Assembly (NCBI GenBank): GCA_965199955.1
Contig: CBDATQ010000001.1
Span: forward strand, 32,001 to 96,000
Length of the DNA stretch: 64,000 nucleotides
Direction of reading: 5' to 3'
DNA from: Spirochaetia bacterium
GTDB lineage: Bacteria; Spirochaetota; Spirochaetia; SZUA-6; Bin103
The first letter of the stretch is position 1. Every line of letters begins with the position of its first letter. The translations under genes were made by a program, and so were the position numbers. Shown here piece after piece: positions 39,728 to 49,424 of this stretch. Under the pieces are notes generated by a model. That model saw nothing but the letters and a program-made list of their open reading frames with translations. It had not been told where the DNA came from and did no database searches.

Positions 39728-40621
39728 TCAGCGGGTCGTCTCGTTCCGCTCGGACCGCTTTCGGGACAGCGCCAGGCCGGCGACGATCATGACCAAGGCC
39801 ACCGGCGCGCTCGCATGGATGCGCTCGCCGAGCACGGTGGCGATCAGGATCAGTGACAGGAACGGCGACAGGAAGATGAGCTGGCCCAGCCGGCCGGCCA
39901 CTGCGGTCAGCGCGAGCGCGCGCTGCCAGAGCACGAAGGCGACGCCCATCTCCACTAGGCCGACCCAGGCGCCGTAGGCCATATTCGCCGGCGTGATCGC
40001 CGGCAGGCCGACCGTGGCGGCGCAGATCGCGCCGATCGCCACCGTGGCCGCGGCAAAGCCGTTCAGCATGAGCGGCACCGCGTGAGCGCCGACCTTCACC
40101 GTGAGCAGCCAGTACCCGGCCCAGAGGACGGTGCTGCCCAGCGCCAGCGCGACCCCGACGGTATCGAAACGGCCCAACCCGGCGGACCCGCCGCGGGTCA
40201 AGAGGACGGCGACGCCAGCGTAGCTGACCGCGACGCCGATCCAGCCGCGCAGGGACAGACGCTGCTTCAGCACCGGGATCGCCAGCAGCGCCAGCGTCAC
40301 GGCCCAGAGGTAGTTGAGTGGTTGCGCGATCTGCGCGGGCAGGCGGTCGTATGCCTCGAACAGCACCAGGTAGTAGCCGAGCGGGTTGAGCAGCCCCAGG
40401 GCCGTCGCGCGCACGTGCTGCCGCAGGCTCATCGGCGCCGTGACGAAGGGTCGCGCCGCGGCGAAGAACGCCAGCGCCACCACGCAGCCCAGGAACAGGA
40501 GCTGCACCGGCTGCAGCTCCCGCAGTCCCAGCTTGAAGCCGGTCGCGACCGTCGACCAGAGCGCGACGCTGATCAGGGCGTAGAGCAGCGCCCGCCGCTC
40601 GCGCCCCGCTGTCGCTACCAG
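39728..40621 (-). CDS. DMT/EamA family transporter (first canonical start 40507; frame extends to CTG 40621)
   Basis: ALLYALISVALWSTVATGFKLGL, LLNP..YYLVLFEAY..LPAQ.AQPLNY.W and LIFLSPFLS motifs. Confidence 0.88.
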   Translation of the reverse strand: MVATAGRERRALLYALISVALWSTVATGFKLGLRELQPVQLLFLGCVVALAFFAAARPFVTAPMSLRQHVRATALGLLNPLGYYLVLFEAYDRLPAQIAQPLNYLWAVTLALLAIPVLKQRLSLRGWIGVAVSYAGVAVLLTRGGSAGLGRFDTVGVALALGSTVLWAGYWLLTVKVGAHAVPLMLNGFAAATVAIGAICAATVGLPAITPANMAYGAWVGLVEMGVAFVLWQRALALTAVAGRLGQLIFLSPFLSLILIATVLGERIHASAPVALVMIVAGLALSRKRSERNETTR

Positions 40622-40979
40622 ATGTGCTGAAGCGCGACCGCACCGCCCGCAAGCGGAGAGGCGACCTGGCCGTATCCGGACTCAAGCTCCGTCAGGCCTT
40701 CCTCCGAGCGGGCGTACACGGTCACGCGCCGTGCCTCGGGATCGACGATCCAGTACTCGCCCACTCCGGCGCGAACGGAGCCCGCCCCCTTCCGGTGCGG
40801 ACGAAAAGGGTCCGCAGGATCTCGTTGATCTCCGCCGCGATCCGTTGGTGGTCGATGCTCGGAGCCGGACTCACGTAGTGATCGCCATCGATGATCTCGT
40901 GCCGGTCACGCTCCTCGGGGATCAGCGCGTACTCCGTGTAGGTGAGCTTCTTCCGTTTGCCTGCTACAACGACCGCCAT
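40615..40979 (-). pseudogene. Uma2-family endonuclease with an internal deletion and frameshift
   Basis: LTYTEY..IPE...HEIIDG...VSPAP...HQ, then in another frame GVGEYWIVDPEARRVTVY...HIW*. The central PD..EVLS core is absent. Confidence 0.8.
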
Positions 40980-40984
40980 GCCTC

Positions 40985-41014
40985 CAACCCTTGGAAACGC
41001 AACCCTTGGAAACG
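40985..41014. repeat. 15-bp perfect tandem duplication
   Basis: CAACCCTTGGAAACG x2. Confidence 0.9.
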
Positions 41015-41136
41015 CTCCGGCCAGTGTGAACCGATGAGCGCCACAGTGTCACCATACCTGTCGTCTCACGGACGTCGGCGTCGATCGCTGCACGGGGCGC
41101 CAACGGCGCGCATCCAGCCGACTGACGTTGCCGGTC

Positions 41137-41205
41137 CAGCTCGACCACGCCCTGTGTCAACTGCTCCTTGCGCCATCGTGCGACATCCTCGGGGAATCTG
41201 ATTCG
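41137..41205 (-). pseudogene. Internal fragment of a PIN-domain (VapC) toxin
   Basis: RIRFPEDVARWRKEQLTQGVVEL resembles the middle of VapC-type PIN proteins. Confidence 0.45.
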
Positions 41206-41219
41206 GGACCGGTATCCGA

Positions 41220-42200
41220 TCAGCGCGCCCCTTCGCGGAGGGCTGCGCCGTCGCGCGCGAGGGACGCGCAGGCGTCCCTCACGGCGGCGAGGTGGTCGCT
41301 GCGCAGCGCGGCCAGCAGCTCCTGACGGCGCCCTTCGAGAAGCCGCATGATGCGCAGCAGCCCCAGGCGTTCGTCACGGCGCCGCTCGCGCGCCAGCTCT
41401 TCCTCCGTCCCGGAGAGCGCCAGCCGCCGCAGCTTCGCGGTCTGCTCGGTGGAGACGCGAACCAGCGCCCGGTCGACGGTCGCGGCCAGGACGCGCGCGT
41501 CGTTGAGCTCGCCCAGGACATCCTGCAGGCGCTTCAGCACCTCGGCCACCGTGGCGCCGTCGGTAAGGCCGCCGACGACGGGCTCCACCAGGTAGCGCAG
41601 GCGCTTCACGGACAGCCGAGCATCGTGGAGCTCGTCGCCACGGGCGGCTTCCGCGGTCGCCGCCAAGCGGGCGTCCGTGTCGGCGGCATACTGCAGCAGC
41701 CGCTCGCCGAACGCCCGGCCGTACGACACCGGCACCGGCACCGCCCGCTCCAGCCGCGCTCGCAGCTCCACGTCCAGCCGCTCGAAGCGGCTGCGCACCG
41801 CGGCGGCAGCGGCGGCCTGCCCGGCGTGCCGGCGCCGTCGCAGCCGCTCCAGCAGATGGTTGAGTCCGGCCCGCTCGCTGCGCCGCAGCCCCTGCCTCGT
41901 GCTCTCCAGCCAGACGATCTGCACCTCCGCGTCGCGGCCCCGGTTGGTCTGCCGCATCAGCCGGCGCAGTTCCGCCCGCACGCGCTTGCCGGCCGCCTTG
42001 CCCAGCCACGGCCGGTAGGCGCGCAGCACGCCGCGGCACCGCCTGAGCGCTACGCGGAAGTCGTGCAGGGCTTCGGGCTTGCCGGGGCGTCCCACCTGCC
42101 GGACCGCCCGCTCGGCCTGCGACAGGCAGCGGTCGACCAGCGCTGCCACCGTCTCCACCACCGGCCGCTCCAGCACACCGTCCCGCCGTGAGCTGTCCAT
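41220..42200 (-). CDS. CHAD-domain (polyphosphate-binding) protein
   Basis: LHDFRVALRR, RDAEV, LHDARLSVKRLRY and LQDVLGELND motifs. Confidence 0.92.
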   Translation of the reverse strand: MDSSRRDGVLERPVVETVAALVDRCLSQAERAVRQVGRPGKPEALHDFRVALRRCRGVLRAYRPWLGKAAGKRVRAELRRLMRQTNRGRDAEVQIVWLESTRQGLRRSERAGLNHLLERLRRRRHAGQAAAAAAVRSRFERLDVELRARLERAVPVPVSYGRAFGERLLQYAADTDARLAATAEAARGDELHDARLSVKRLRYLVEPVVGGLTDGATVAEVLKRLQDVLGELNDARVLAATVDRALVRVSTEQTAKLRRLALSGTEEELARERRRDERLGLLRIMRLLEGRRQELLAALRSDHLAAVRDACASLARDGAALREGAR

Positions 42201-42289
42201 CGAAACCTCGTACTATACCGACGCTGCATGGAACAACACAGCCGACCCTCGATCCAGATCGTGTGCGTTCACAACTCCCCGGCCGGACG

Positions 42290-43843
42290 TCAGGAGAGCT
42301 CGACGCGCATCCCGAAGACCTGATCCATCAGCTCCCCCTTGCGGGCCAGCGCCATCCGCTCCAGTGACAGGTCGCCCTGATACCCGCACTTCAGGCGCAG
42401 CACGTCCCCGACGCGCTCGGCGTCGAAGCGGTCGATGCGGCCCAGGTGGCTGACGTCCAGCGCGTCGGCGACCCGCAGGATCGCCGCCAGCTTGTTGACC
42501 ACCAGCCGCTGCCGGCGGGAGAGCTCCGCGTACATGGGGTGGGACATCGCAGGCAGCGCCCGGCGGTGGTAGCGCACGACGTTGGCGACCACCGCCGTGT
42601 CCCGCTCGTCGATGCCGAATACCTCGGAGTTGGCGACGATGTAGGCGCCGTGCTTGTGGTGGCCGGATGCCTTGATCAGCTTGCCGACCTCGTGCAGCAG
42701 CGCGGCCACGTTCAGCAGCAGCCGCTCGCGGTGGCCGAGCCCGTGATCGGCGGCCAGCAGGTCGAACAGGACCAGCGCCAGCCTGGTGACGTGGCGGACG
42801 TGCGGGTCCTCGGCGTGATACTTGCGCGCCACGCTCAGGGCCGAGGCGATCGTCTGCCGCTCGAACTCGCGGCGCGACTCCTCGTCGTCGAGCGCGGCGC
42901 TCAGCAGCACGCCCTCGCGGATGCTCAACTCCGGGACGATCACCTGCTGGGCGGCCGTCGACTCCAGAAACAGGTCGTAGACGATCAGGTCGGGCAGGAT
43001 GCCCTCGGCGTCCTCGTACGGGATCGAGAGCTCGTGGACGAGCTCCTCGACCCGCAGCGCCTGCAGGCCGCGGATCAGCTCCTGCAGCGCCGGGCGCTCG
43101 ATCAGCGAGCAGTGCTCGGCGATCCGCCGCCCGGCGCGCGAGGCGGCCAGCCGGATCACGCCGCCGCCTGCCACGAATCGGCGGATGTGCTTGAGCGGCT
43201 GCTCGTGGCTGAGCACCTCGCGCGTGGGGGCCACGGTCTCCGACAGCACGCGGCGCAGGCGCTCCGGATTGCCGTGCATGGGGCGCAGCATGTCCTCCAT
43301 GCGTGCGCTGCCCAGCTTCAGCGAGTGGACGAACGCCATCCGCCCGCGGCGCAGCAGCATGAACTCCGTGCTGCCCGTGCCGATCTGCATGATCAGGGAG
43401 TTCGAGCGCGCGAACCCCGGGATCGCAGCCTTGATGGCGTGCACGGCGCCCAGGTAGGTCAGCCGGTTCTCCTCCACGCCGTCGATCACGCGCACGTCCA
43501 GTCCGGTGCGGAGCGCGACCCGGTCGACGAAGGTGTCGCGGTTCTCGGCCTCGCGCAGCGCGCTAGTGGCGATCACGGTGGTCTCGCCGGGGCCGATCCC
43601 CCAGCCGCGCAGCAGCTCCTGGAAGGACGCCAGTGCATCCAGCGACGCGCCGATGGTGGTGCGGCTGGCCGTGCCGGAGCCGAACACGTCGTGGCCGAGC
43701 GGCACCGGCCGGTCCGCGCGGTCCAGGATGCGGATCGCCCCGGTCGCCTCGAACTCGCCGACCACCATGCGGATGGCGCTGGAGCCGATGTCGATCACCG
43801 CCCGTGCGGTGCCGTTGCGGCCGTCCGGCGCCCCGCCGCTCAT
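42290..43843 (-). CDS. ppx: Exopolyphosphatase Ppx/GppA with HD-like domain
   Basis: AVIDIGSSAIRM, ATSALREAEN, IGTGSTE, SIREG and LLHEVG...HHKH motifs. Confidence 0.92.
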   Translation of the reverse strand: MSGGAPDGRNGTARAVIDIGSSAIRMVVGEFEATGAIRILDRADRPVPLGHDVFGSGTASRTTIGASLDALASFQELLRGWGIGPGETTVIATSALREAENRDTFVDRVALRTGLDVRVIDGVEENRLTYLGAVHAIKAAIPGFARSNSLIMQIGTGSTEFMLLRRGRMAFVHSLKLGSARMEDMLRPMHGNPERLRRVLSETVAPTREVLSHEQPLKHIRRFVAGGGVIRLAASRAGRRIAEHCSLIERPALQELIRGLQALRVEELVHELSIPYEDAEGILPDLIVYDLFLESTAAQQVIVPELSIREGVLLSAALDDEESRREFERQTIASALSVARKYHAEDPHVRHVTRLALVLFDLLAADHGLGHRERLLLNVAALLHEVGKLIKASGHHKHGAYIVANSEVFGIDERDTAVVANVVRYHRRALPAMSHPMYAELSRRQRLVVNKLAAILRVADALDVSHLGRIDRFDAERVGDVLRLKCGYQGDLSLERMALARKGELMDQVFGMRVELS

Positions 43844-44802
43844 GCCAGCGACTCCTGCGCCAGCGCCGCCGCACCGCGCACGACCGCCTCGTCGCCGAGG
43901 GTCGCCGCGACGACCTCGACCCCCTCGCCCAGTGACGGCAGCGCGTGCCGGCGCATCGAGTCGGCCGTGCGCTCGACCAGCCAGTCGCCGAGCTTCTCCA
44001 CCAGGCCGCCGCCCAGCACCACCATCTCCGGGTTGAGCAGGTTGACGCAGTTGGCGATGCCGATGCCCAGACGCTCCGCCGCCCGCTCCAGAAGCTCGAC
44101 GCCCGGCTGCTCGCCGGCGGCCAGCACGCGCGCGATCATCTTGCTGCGCACCGACCGCACATCCGTTCCGGCCTTTGCGGCAACGGCCGGCGCCTTGCCG
44201 ATCGCGGCCTGGGCGATCAGGTCGCGCGCGATGGCGCTGCGGCTGGCCAGCGCCTCCAGGCACCCGTATTGCCCGCAGCCGCACAGCGGCCCGTGGAGCT
44301 GCACGATCATGTGGCCGATCTCCCCGGCGTTGCCGTTGGCGCCGCGGTAGAGGCGGCCGTCCAGCACCAGCCCGCCGCCGATCCCGGTGCCCGGGAACAC
44401 CCCGACCACGTGCCGGCGGCCGCGCGCCGCGCCGAAGCGGTGCTCGCCGTAGGTGCCGGCGCTGACGTCGTTCTCGACGGCCACCGGAACACCGAACGCA
44501 TCCTGCAGGCAGTCCCGGATAGGGAAGTCGGCAACGCCCAGGTTCGGCGAGCCGGTCAAGGTGCCGCGCTGCGCGTCCATCGGTCCCGGCGCGCCGATAC
44601 CGATCGCGGCCACGGCCGACCGCTTGACCTTGGCGTCCTCCAATGCCGCCTGCACGGTGCCGACCAGACCCATCGCCAGGCCGCGCGCGCCGGCGGTAGG
44701 GTCGGTCGTGCGCTTGTTCAACCCCAGCGCCTTCGCGCCGCGGTACACGGTCGCGAGCATCTTCGAGCCGCCGAGGTCGATGCCGACCACCAGCGCATCC
44801 AT
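43840..44802 (-). CDS. ROK-family sugar kinase (glucokinase-like)
   Basis: GIDLGGSK, ENDV, GTGIGGG and GEIGH...CGCGQYGCLE motifs; no HTH. Confidence 0.9.
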   Translation of the reverse strand: MDALVVGIDLGGSKMLATVYRGAKALGLNKRTTDPTAGARGLAMGLVGTVQAALEDAKVKRSAVAAIGIGAPGPMDAQRGTLTGSPNLGVADFPIRDCLQDAFGVPVAVENDVSAGTYGEHRFGAARGRRHVVGVFPGTGIGGGLVLDGRLYRGANGNAGEIGHMIVQLHGPLCGCGQYGCLEALASRSAIARDLIAQAAIGKAPAVAAKAGTDVRSVRSKMIARVLAAGEQPGVELLERAAERLGIGIANCVNLLNPEMVVLGGGLVEKLGDWLVERTADSMRRHALPSLGEGVEVVAATLGDEAVVRGAAALAQESLA

Positions 44803-44880
44803 GGGCACCTCTCACGCGGGGCGGCCGAACTCTGCCGCCCGCGTTGCGATTCTCCGATGATTGGGCGCTATCATGCCAGC

Positions 44881-47121
44881 ATGTCCGCCAGCGGGACCCC
44901 GGACGCCGCTACCCCCGCGACCTCGCCGGCGAGAGCGCGCCCTCGGGAGGCCGGCCACCTGCCGCCGGCACGCTATCTCGACGGGGCGCTGAGCTGGCTG
45001 GCGTTCAACCGCCGCGTGCTGGACCGGGCGGACACGGCCGCCACGCCGCTGCTGGAGCGCCTGCGCTTCCTGAGCATCGTCGGCACCAATCTGGACGAGT
45101 TCTTCATGGTGCGGGTGCCCGCGCTACGGCGCGCCGGCGACGCCGGCCGCCGGCTGGCTGAGGTACGCGGCCGCGTCGAGCGCATCGTGCGCGGCCAGAC
45201 CGACTGCCTGCGCCGGCGGGTGCTGCCGCCGCTGACCGATGCCGGGGTGCGCATCCTTGAGCGCGACGCCTACCCGCTCGGCACCCTGGAACTGCTGCGA
45301 GACCACTTCCGGAGCCAGATCCACCCGGCCCTCACCCCGGTGCGCATCACGGGCGAGGAGCGGGTGCCGCTGCCGAGCCTGCGGCTGCACGTGGGCTTCC
45401 TGCTGGAGCCGGCCGACGAGCAGGCACGGTCCGCGTCCGCCGCGGCCACGGCCGGCGGCGCCGGTCCCGTGGTCGCCGTGGTGCCGCTGCCGGGCACCCT
45501 CGACCGGCTGGTGCCGGTCCCGCGGGAGGGCGCGGGCACCGGCCGAGGGAGTGAAGCGGGATCAGCACATCAAGGCGCCGGCCGCCGAGCACCAGCCGTC
45601 ACCTACGCGCTACTGGAGGACCTGGTCGCCGGCAACGCCGACCTGCTGTTTCCCGGCTTCCGCATCCTGGACAGCATCCGGTTCCGCGTCACCCGCTCGG
45701 GTGACGCAGAGGTGGACGAGCTGCGCGACGACGACTTCGTCGAGGCCATGGAAGAGGTCATCTCGGCGCGGCGCGGCGGGGTGGCGGTGCGCCTGGAGGT
45801 GTCGGACGCCGACTGCGAGCTGTGCCGGGTGCTGGCCGCCGAGCTGGCGATGGAGCCGGCGGACGTTTATGCCTGCGACGGGCCGATGGACCTGGCCGGC
45901 TGGTCCAGCCTGGTCGACATGCCGGGGCTCGACCGCCTGCGGTTCGAGCCGTGGGAGCCGGTGCGCCCGCTCTGGCTGGACGGCAGCGAGCCGATCTGGG
46001 ACGTGATCCGCACGCGCGACCGCATGCTGCACCACCCCTACGAGTCGTTCGACGCCGTCGTGCACCTGCTGAAGCAGGCCGCGGACGATCCCGACGTGCT
46101 GGCGATCAAGATGACGCTGTACCGGGTGTCGCGGGAGTCGCCGATCGTGGCCGCGCTGGGACGGGCGGCGGAGGCGGGCAAGCAGGTGACGGTGCTGGTG
46201 GAGGTGAAGGCACGCTTCGACGAGGAGCGCAACCTGGAGCGTGCGGCGCTCCTGGAGCGGCAGGGCGCGATCGTCGTGTACGGGATCGCGTGGCACAAGG
46301 TGCACGCGAAAGCGCTCCTGATCGTCCGCCGCGAATCCGGCCGCATCCGCCGCTACGTCCACCTGGGGACCGGCAACTACCGGGACGACACGGCGCGCCT
46401 GTACACGGACGTCGGGCTCCTGACCGCCGACGACGAGCTGGCCATGGAGGCCGGCCTGTTCTTCAACGCGATCACCGGCTACTCCACGGTCCCGAACCTG
46501 CGCCGCCTGACGATGGCGCCCACCGCCCTCAAGCAGCGCCTGCTGGCCATGATCGAGCGCGAGGCGGCGCGGCCGGCGAACGAAGAGCCGCTGATCATGG
46601 CCAAGCTCAACCAGCTCACCGACCGCGACGTGATCGACACCCTGTACGCCGCCTCGCGCGCCGGCGTCACCATCAAGCTGAACGTACGCGGCGAGTGCCT
46701 GCTGATCCCGGAGCGGCGCGGCATGAGCCGCAACATCACGGTGGTGTCGGTCATCGACCGCTACCTCGAGCACGCACGCCTGCTCTACGTGCGCGCAGGC
46801 GGCGCCGACGAGTGCTACCTGGCGAGCGCCGACTGGATGCCGCGCAACCTCAGCCGCCGCGTGGAGCTGATGGTCCCGATCGCGGAGCCGCGCCTGAAGC
46901 GCCGCGCACTGGAGATACTGGAATCAGCGTTCTCGGACAACACCAACGCCTACCGGCTGCGCAGCGACGGCACGTACGTCCGGGTGAGGCGGTCCTCGGC
47001 GGACGAGCCCTTCCATCGAAGCCAGGAGGCCATGCACGAGGCGGCCGGGCGGCGCGCCCGCACCGAGCTCGGCGAGCCGGCCGGCAAGCTGATCGCCCGC
47101 CGGCCGCGCCCGGAGCGCTGA
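44881..47121 (+). CDS. ppk1: Polyphosphate kinase 1
   Basis: LSWLAFNRRVL, NLDEFFMVRV, HHPYESF, ARFDEE.N, KVHAK, HLGTGNY and SADWMPRN motifs. Confidence 0.97.
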   Translation: MSASGTPDAATPATSPARARPREAGHLPPARYLDGALSWLAFNRRVLDRADTAATPLLERLRFLSIVGTNLDEFFMVRVPALRRAGDAGRRLAEVRGRVERIVRGQTDCLRRRVLPPLTDAGVRILERDAYPLGTLELLRDHFRSQIHPALTPVRITGEERVPLPSLRLHVGFLLEPADEQARSASAAATAGGAGPVVAVVPLPGTLDRLVPVPREGAGTGRGSEAGSAHQGAGRRAPAVTYALLEDLVAGNADLLFPGFRILDSIRFRVTRSGDAEVDELRDDDFVEAMEEVISARRGGVAVRLEVSDADCELCRVLAAELAMEPADVYACDGPMDLAGWSSLVDMPGLDRLRFEPWEPVRPLWLDGSEPIWDVIRTRDRMLHHPYESFDAVVHLLKQAADDPDVLAIKMTLYRVSRESPIVAALGRAAEAGKQVTVLVEVKARFDEERNLERAALLERQGAIVVYGIAWHKVHAKALLIVRRESGRIRRYVHLGTGNYRDDTARLYTDVGLLTADDELAMEAGLFFNAITGYSTVPNLRRLTMAPTALKQRLLAMIEREAARPANEEPLIMAKLNQLTDRDVIDTLYAASRAGVTIKLNVRGECLLIPERRGMSRNITVVSVIDRYLEHARLLYVRAGGADECYLASADWMPRNLSRRVELMVPIAEPRLKRRALEILESAFSDNTNAYRLRSDGTYVRVRRSSADEPFHRSQEAMHEAAGRRARTELGEPAGKLIARRPRPER

Positions 47122-47159
47122 AGCGGCGCTCGGAGCCGGAGGCAGCTCGGAGCTGGGGC

Positions 47160-47825
47160 TCAGAGCTCGACGCGCTGGCCGGTCGTCACGTAGACCGCGG
47201 CTTCGCAGATGTTGGTGGCCTGGTCGCCGACCCGCTCGTACTGCTTTGCCACGAACAGCAGGGCCTGCGCCTGCGCGATCGTCTTCGGTGACTCCATCAT
47301 ATAGGTGAGCAGCTCGCGGAACATCTGCGAGTAGGTATTGTCGATCAGGTCGTCGCTGGCCGCCACGTCCTGGGCGGCCAGCTCGTCGCGGTTGACGAAG
47401 GCGTGCACGGAGTCGCGCACCATCTGCGTGGCGCGGTCCGCCATCAGGTTCATGGAGATCAGCGGCTTGATGTACTTCTCGGATGCCAGCTTCTGAGCCA
47501 CCTTGGCGACGTGCACGGCCAGATCGCCGATCCGCTCCAAGGCGATGACAACGTGCAGGGAAGTGATGATGAAGCGCAGGTCGGTGGCCACCGGCTGTTC
47601 GCGGGCCACGATCTTGTTCACGTAGTCCTCGATCTCGTAGGTAGCCTGATTGACCGAGTCTTCCCCCACCAGGACGTGCTCGGCCATCTCCTCATTCTGG
47701 CTCAGCAGCGCCTTGGTCGCCTGGCCCACAGCCGACTCGACCGCCTGGGCCAGGTCCAGCAGGCGCTGCTCCAGCTCCTCGATCTCGCGCTCGAACTGAT
47801 GACGGAGCGGTTGCGGCTCACTCAC
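47160..47825 (-). CDS. phoU: Phosphate signalling protein PhoU
   Basis: QPVATDLR, LERIGD, DDLID and ERVGDQATNICE motifs. Confidence 0.96.
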   Translation of the reverse strand: MSEPQPLRHQFEREIEELEQRLLDLAQAVESAVGQATKALLSQNEEMAEHVLVGEDSVNQATYEIEDYVNKIVAREQPVATDLRFIITSLHVVIALERIGDLAVHVAKVAQKLASEKYIKPLISMNLMADRATQMVRDSVHAFVNRDELAAQDVAASDDLIDNTYSQMFRELLTYMMESPKTIAQAQALLFVAKQYERVGDQATNICEAAVYVTTGQRVEL

Positions 47826-47891
47826 GGTTGCCTCCTGCGGAGTCTGTCGGATCGGCGCTCCGGCGACACATCCGACAGACTCCGTCCCTGT

Positions 47892-48407
47892 CTATCCCGT
47901 CGCGGCCTGCCAGGCCGCCAGGTACTCGTCGATCACCTCGCTGCCGACCGCCTTGATGGTCAGGCCGAACGGTCCGGCTTGCGGCCGCACCACCCGCCTG
48001 GCGGGCTCGCCGGTCTGCAGGAACGAGTCCAGCTCGGCGCTTCCGGCCTTGAACACCCACAGCCGGCCTTCCTCCATCTGCGTGTAGAAACCCGGCAGCG
48101 TGGTCAGGTACTCGTCGATCGTGGCGCTCTCGGTGGACTTCACCGTCACCCCGCCCGGCGCGGCCAGCGGCCGTACCACCTGCCTGGCGGGCTCACCGGA
48201 CTCCTGAAACGCGGCAAGGTCGTCAGACCCTTCGCGGAACACCCATAGCCGGCCTTCGTCTTCCAGGACGACGAAGCCGGGCTTGGCGTACGTCTCCAGA
48301 TCCAGCGGCGGTTGCTCGGCCGCGGTCGCGCATCCGGCGACCAGCGCTCCGGCCAGCACCAGCATCACGGCCGGCGCCATGAGATCCGCTCTCTTGCGAA
48401 TTCCCAT
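47892..48407 (-). CDS. Lipoprotein with two tandem ~62-aa repeats, function unknown
   Basis: Strong SD, LVAGC lipobox, and repeat PGF....E.GRLWVF..GS..L..F...GEPAR.VVRP...P.G.T.K......IDEYL x2. Confidence 0.85.
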   Translation of the reverse strand: MGIRKRADLMAPAVMLVLAGALVAGCATAAEQPPLDLETYAKPGFVVLEDEGRLWVFREGSDDLAAFQESGEPARQVVRPLAAPGGVTVKSTESATIDEYLTTLPGFYTQMEEGRLWVFKAGSAELDSFLQTGEPARRVVRPQAGPFGLTIKAVGSEVIDEYLAAWQAATG

Positions 48408-48459
48408 TCCACTCCTCCTCCAGTGCGTTGGGCTTTGTTCATTCCCGGTTTCGGCCGGC

Positions 48460-49410
48460 TCATCCGAACCGGCCGCTGATGTAGTCTTCCGTCTCCTGCA
48501 ACTGGGGCTTCAGGAACACGTCCTCCGTCGGCGCGAACTCGATGAGCCGGCCCAGGTACATGAATGCGGTGATGTCGCTGACCCGCGAGGCCTGCTGCAT
48601 GTTGTGGGTGACGATCAGGATCGTGTAGCTGCCTTTCAGCTCGTGGATCAGATCCTCGATCTTGCTGGTGGCGATCGGGTCCAGGGCGCTGGCCGGCTCG
48701 TCCATGAGCAGTACCTCCGGCTCCGCGGCCACCGCACGCGCGATGCACAGCCGCTGCTGCTGGCCGCCGGACAGTCCCAGGGCGCTCTCCTGCAGCCGAT
48801 CCTTGACCTCCTCCCAGAGCGCGGCCCCCACCAGCGCGCGATGGCAGACCGAGTCCAGCACCTGCTTGTCCCGTTCGCCGTCTATCCGCAGGGGATAGAC
48901 GACGTTCTCGTAGATGCTCATGGGGAAGGGGTTCGGTTTCTGCGCCACCATCCCCATGCGCTTGCGCAGCTCGATCACGTCGGTGCCGGGCGCGTAGATC
49001 GAGTCCCCGGACAGCCGCATGTCACCCTCGATGCGGACGGTGTCGACCAGGTCGTTAAGCCGGTTCACCGACCGCAGCAGCGTCGACTTGCCGCAGCCGG
49101 ACGGCCCGATCAGCGCCGTCACCTTGCCGAACGGGACCCTCATCGACACGTCGAACAGCGCCTGCGCCGCGCCGTACCAGAGGTTGAAGCAGTCCACCTC
49201 CAGCACGCTCTGAAGCTCCAGCGTGCTCGGGTGCACGGCGGCCCTGACGTCGCCGCCGGCGGCGACGCGCTCCAGCAGGTTCTCCCGGACGGAACCCGCC
49301 GCCCCACCCCGCGGGCGGCCCTCCGCGTGTGCGGCGCCATCGGCGGCCGGGGTGCGCGGCCGGTCCACCGTGAGGCGAACCTGATCACTGCGGTCTCTGG
49401 CGGGGTGCAT
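48460..49410 (-). CDS. pstB: Phosphate ABC transporter ATPase
   Basis: [35 protein letters not shown] and [10 protein letters not shown] motifs; start uncertain. Confidence 0.96.
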   Translation of the reverse strand: MHPARDRSDQVRLTVDRPRTPAADGAAHAEGRPRGGAAGSVRENLLERVAAGGDVRAAVHPSTLELQSVLEVDCFNLWYGAAQALFDVSMRVPFGKVTALIGPSGCGKSTLLRSVNRLNDLVDTVRIEGDMRLSGDSIYAPGTDVIELRKRMGMVAQKPNPFPMSIYENVVYPLRIDGERDKQVLDSVCHRALVGAALWEEVKDRLQESALGLSGGQQQRLCIARAVAAEPEVLLMDEPASALDPIATSKIEDLIHELKGSYTILIVTHNMQQASRVSDITAFMYLGRLIEFAPTEDVFLKPQLQETEDYISGRFG

Positions 49411-49424
49411 CTGGCAGACCTCTC

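Noticed and set aside
40985..41014. CRISPR array
   Set aside because: Two adjacent 15-bp copies with no spacer and no cas genes
47128..47156. GCTCGGAGCYGG direct repeat between ppk1 and phoU
   Set aside because: Short, GC-rich and only two copies; plausibly chance
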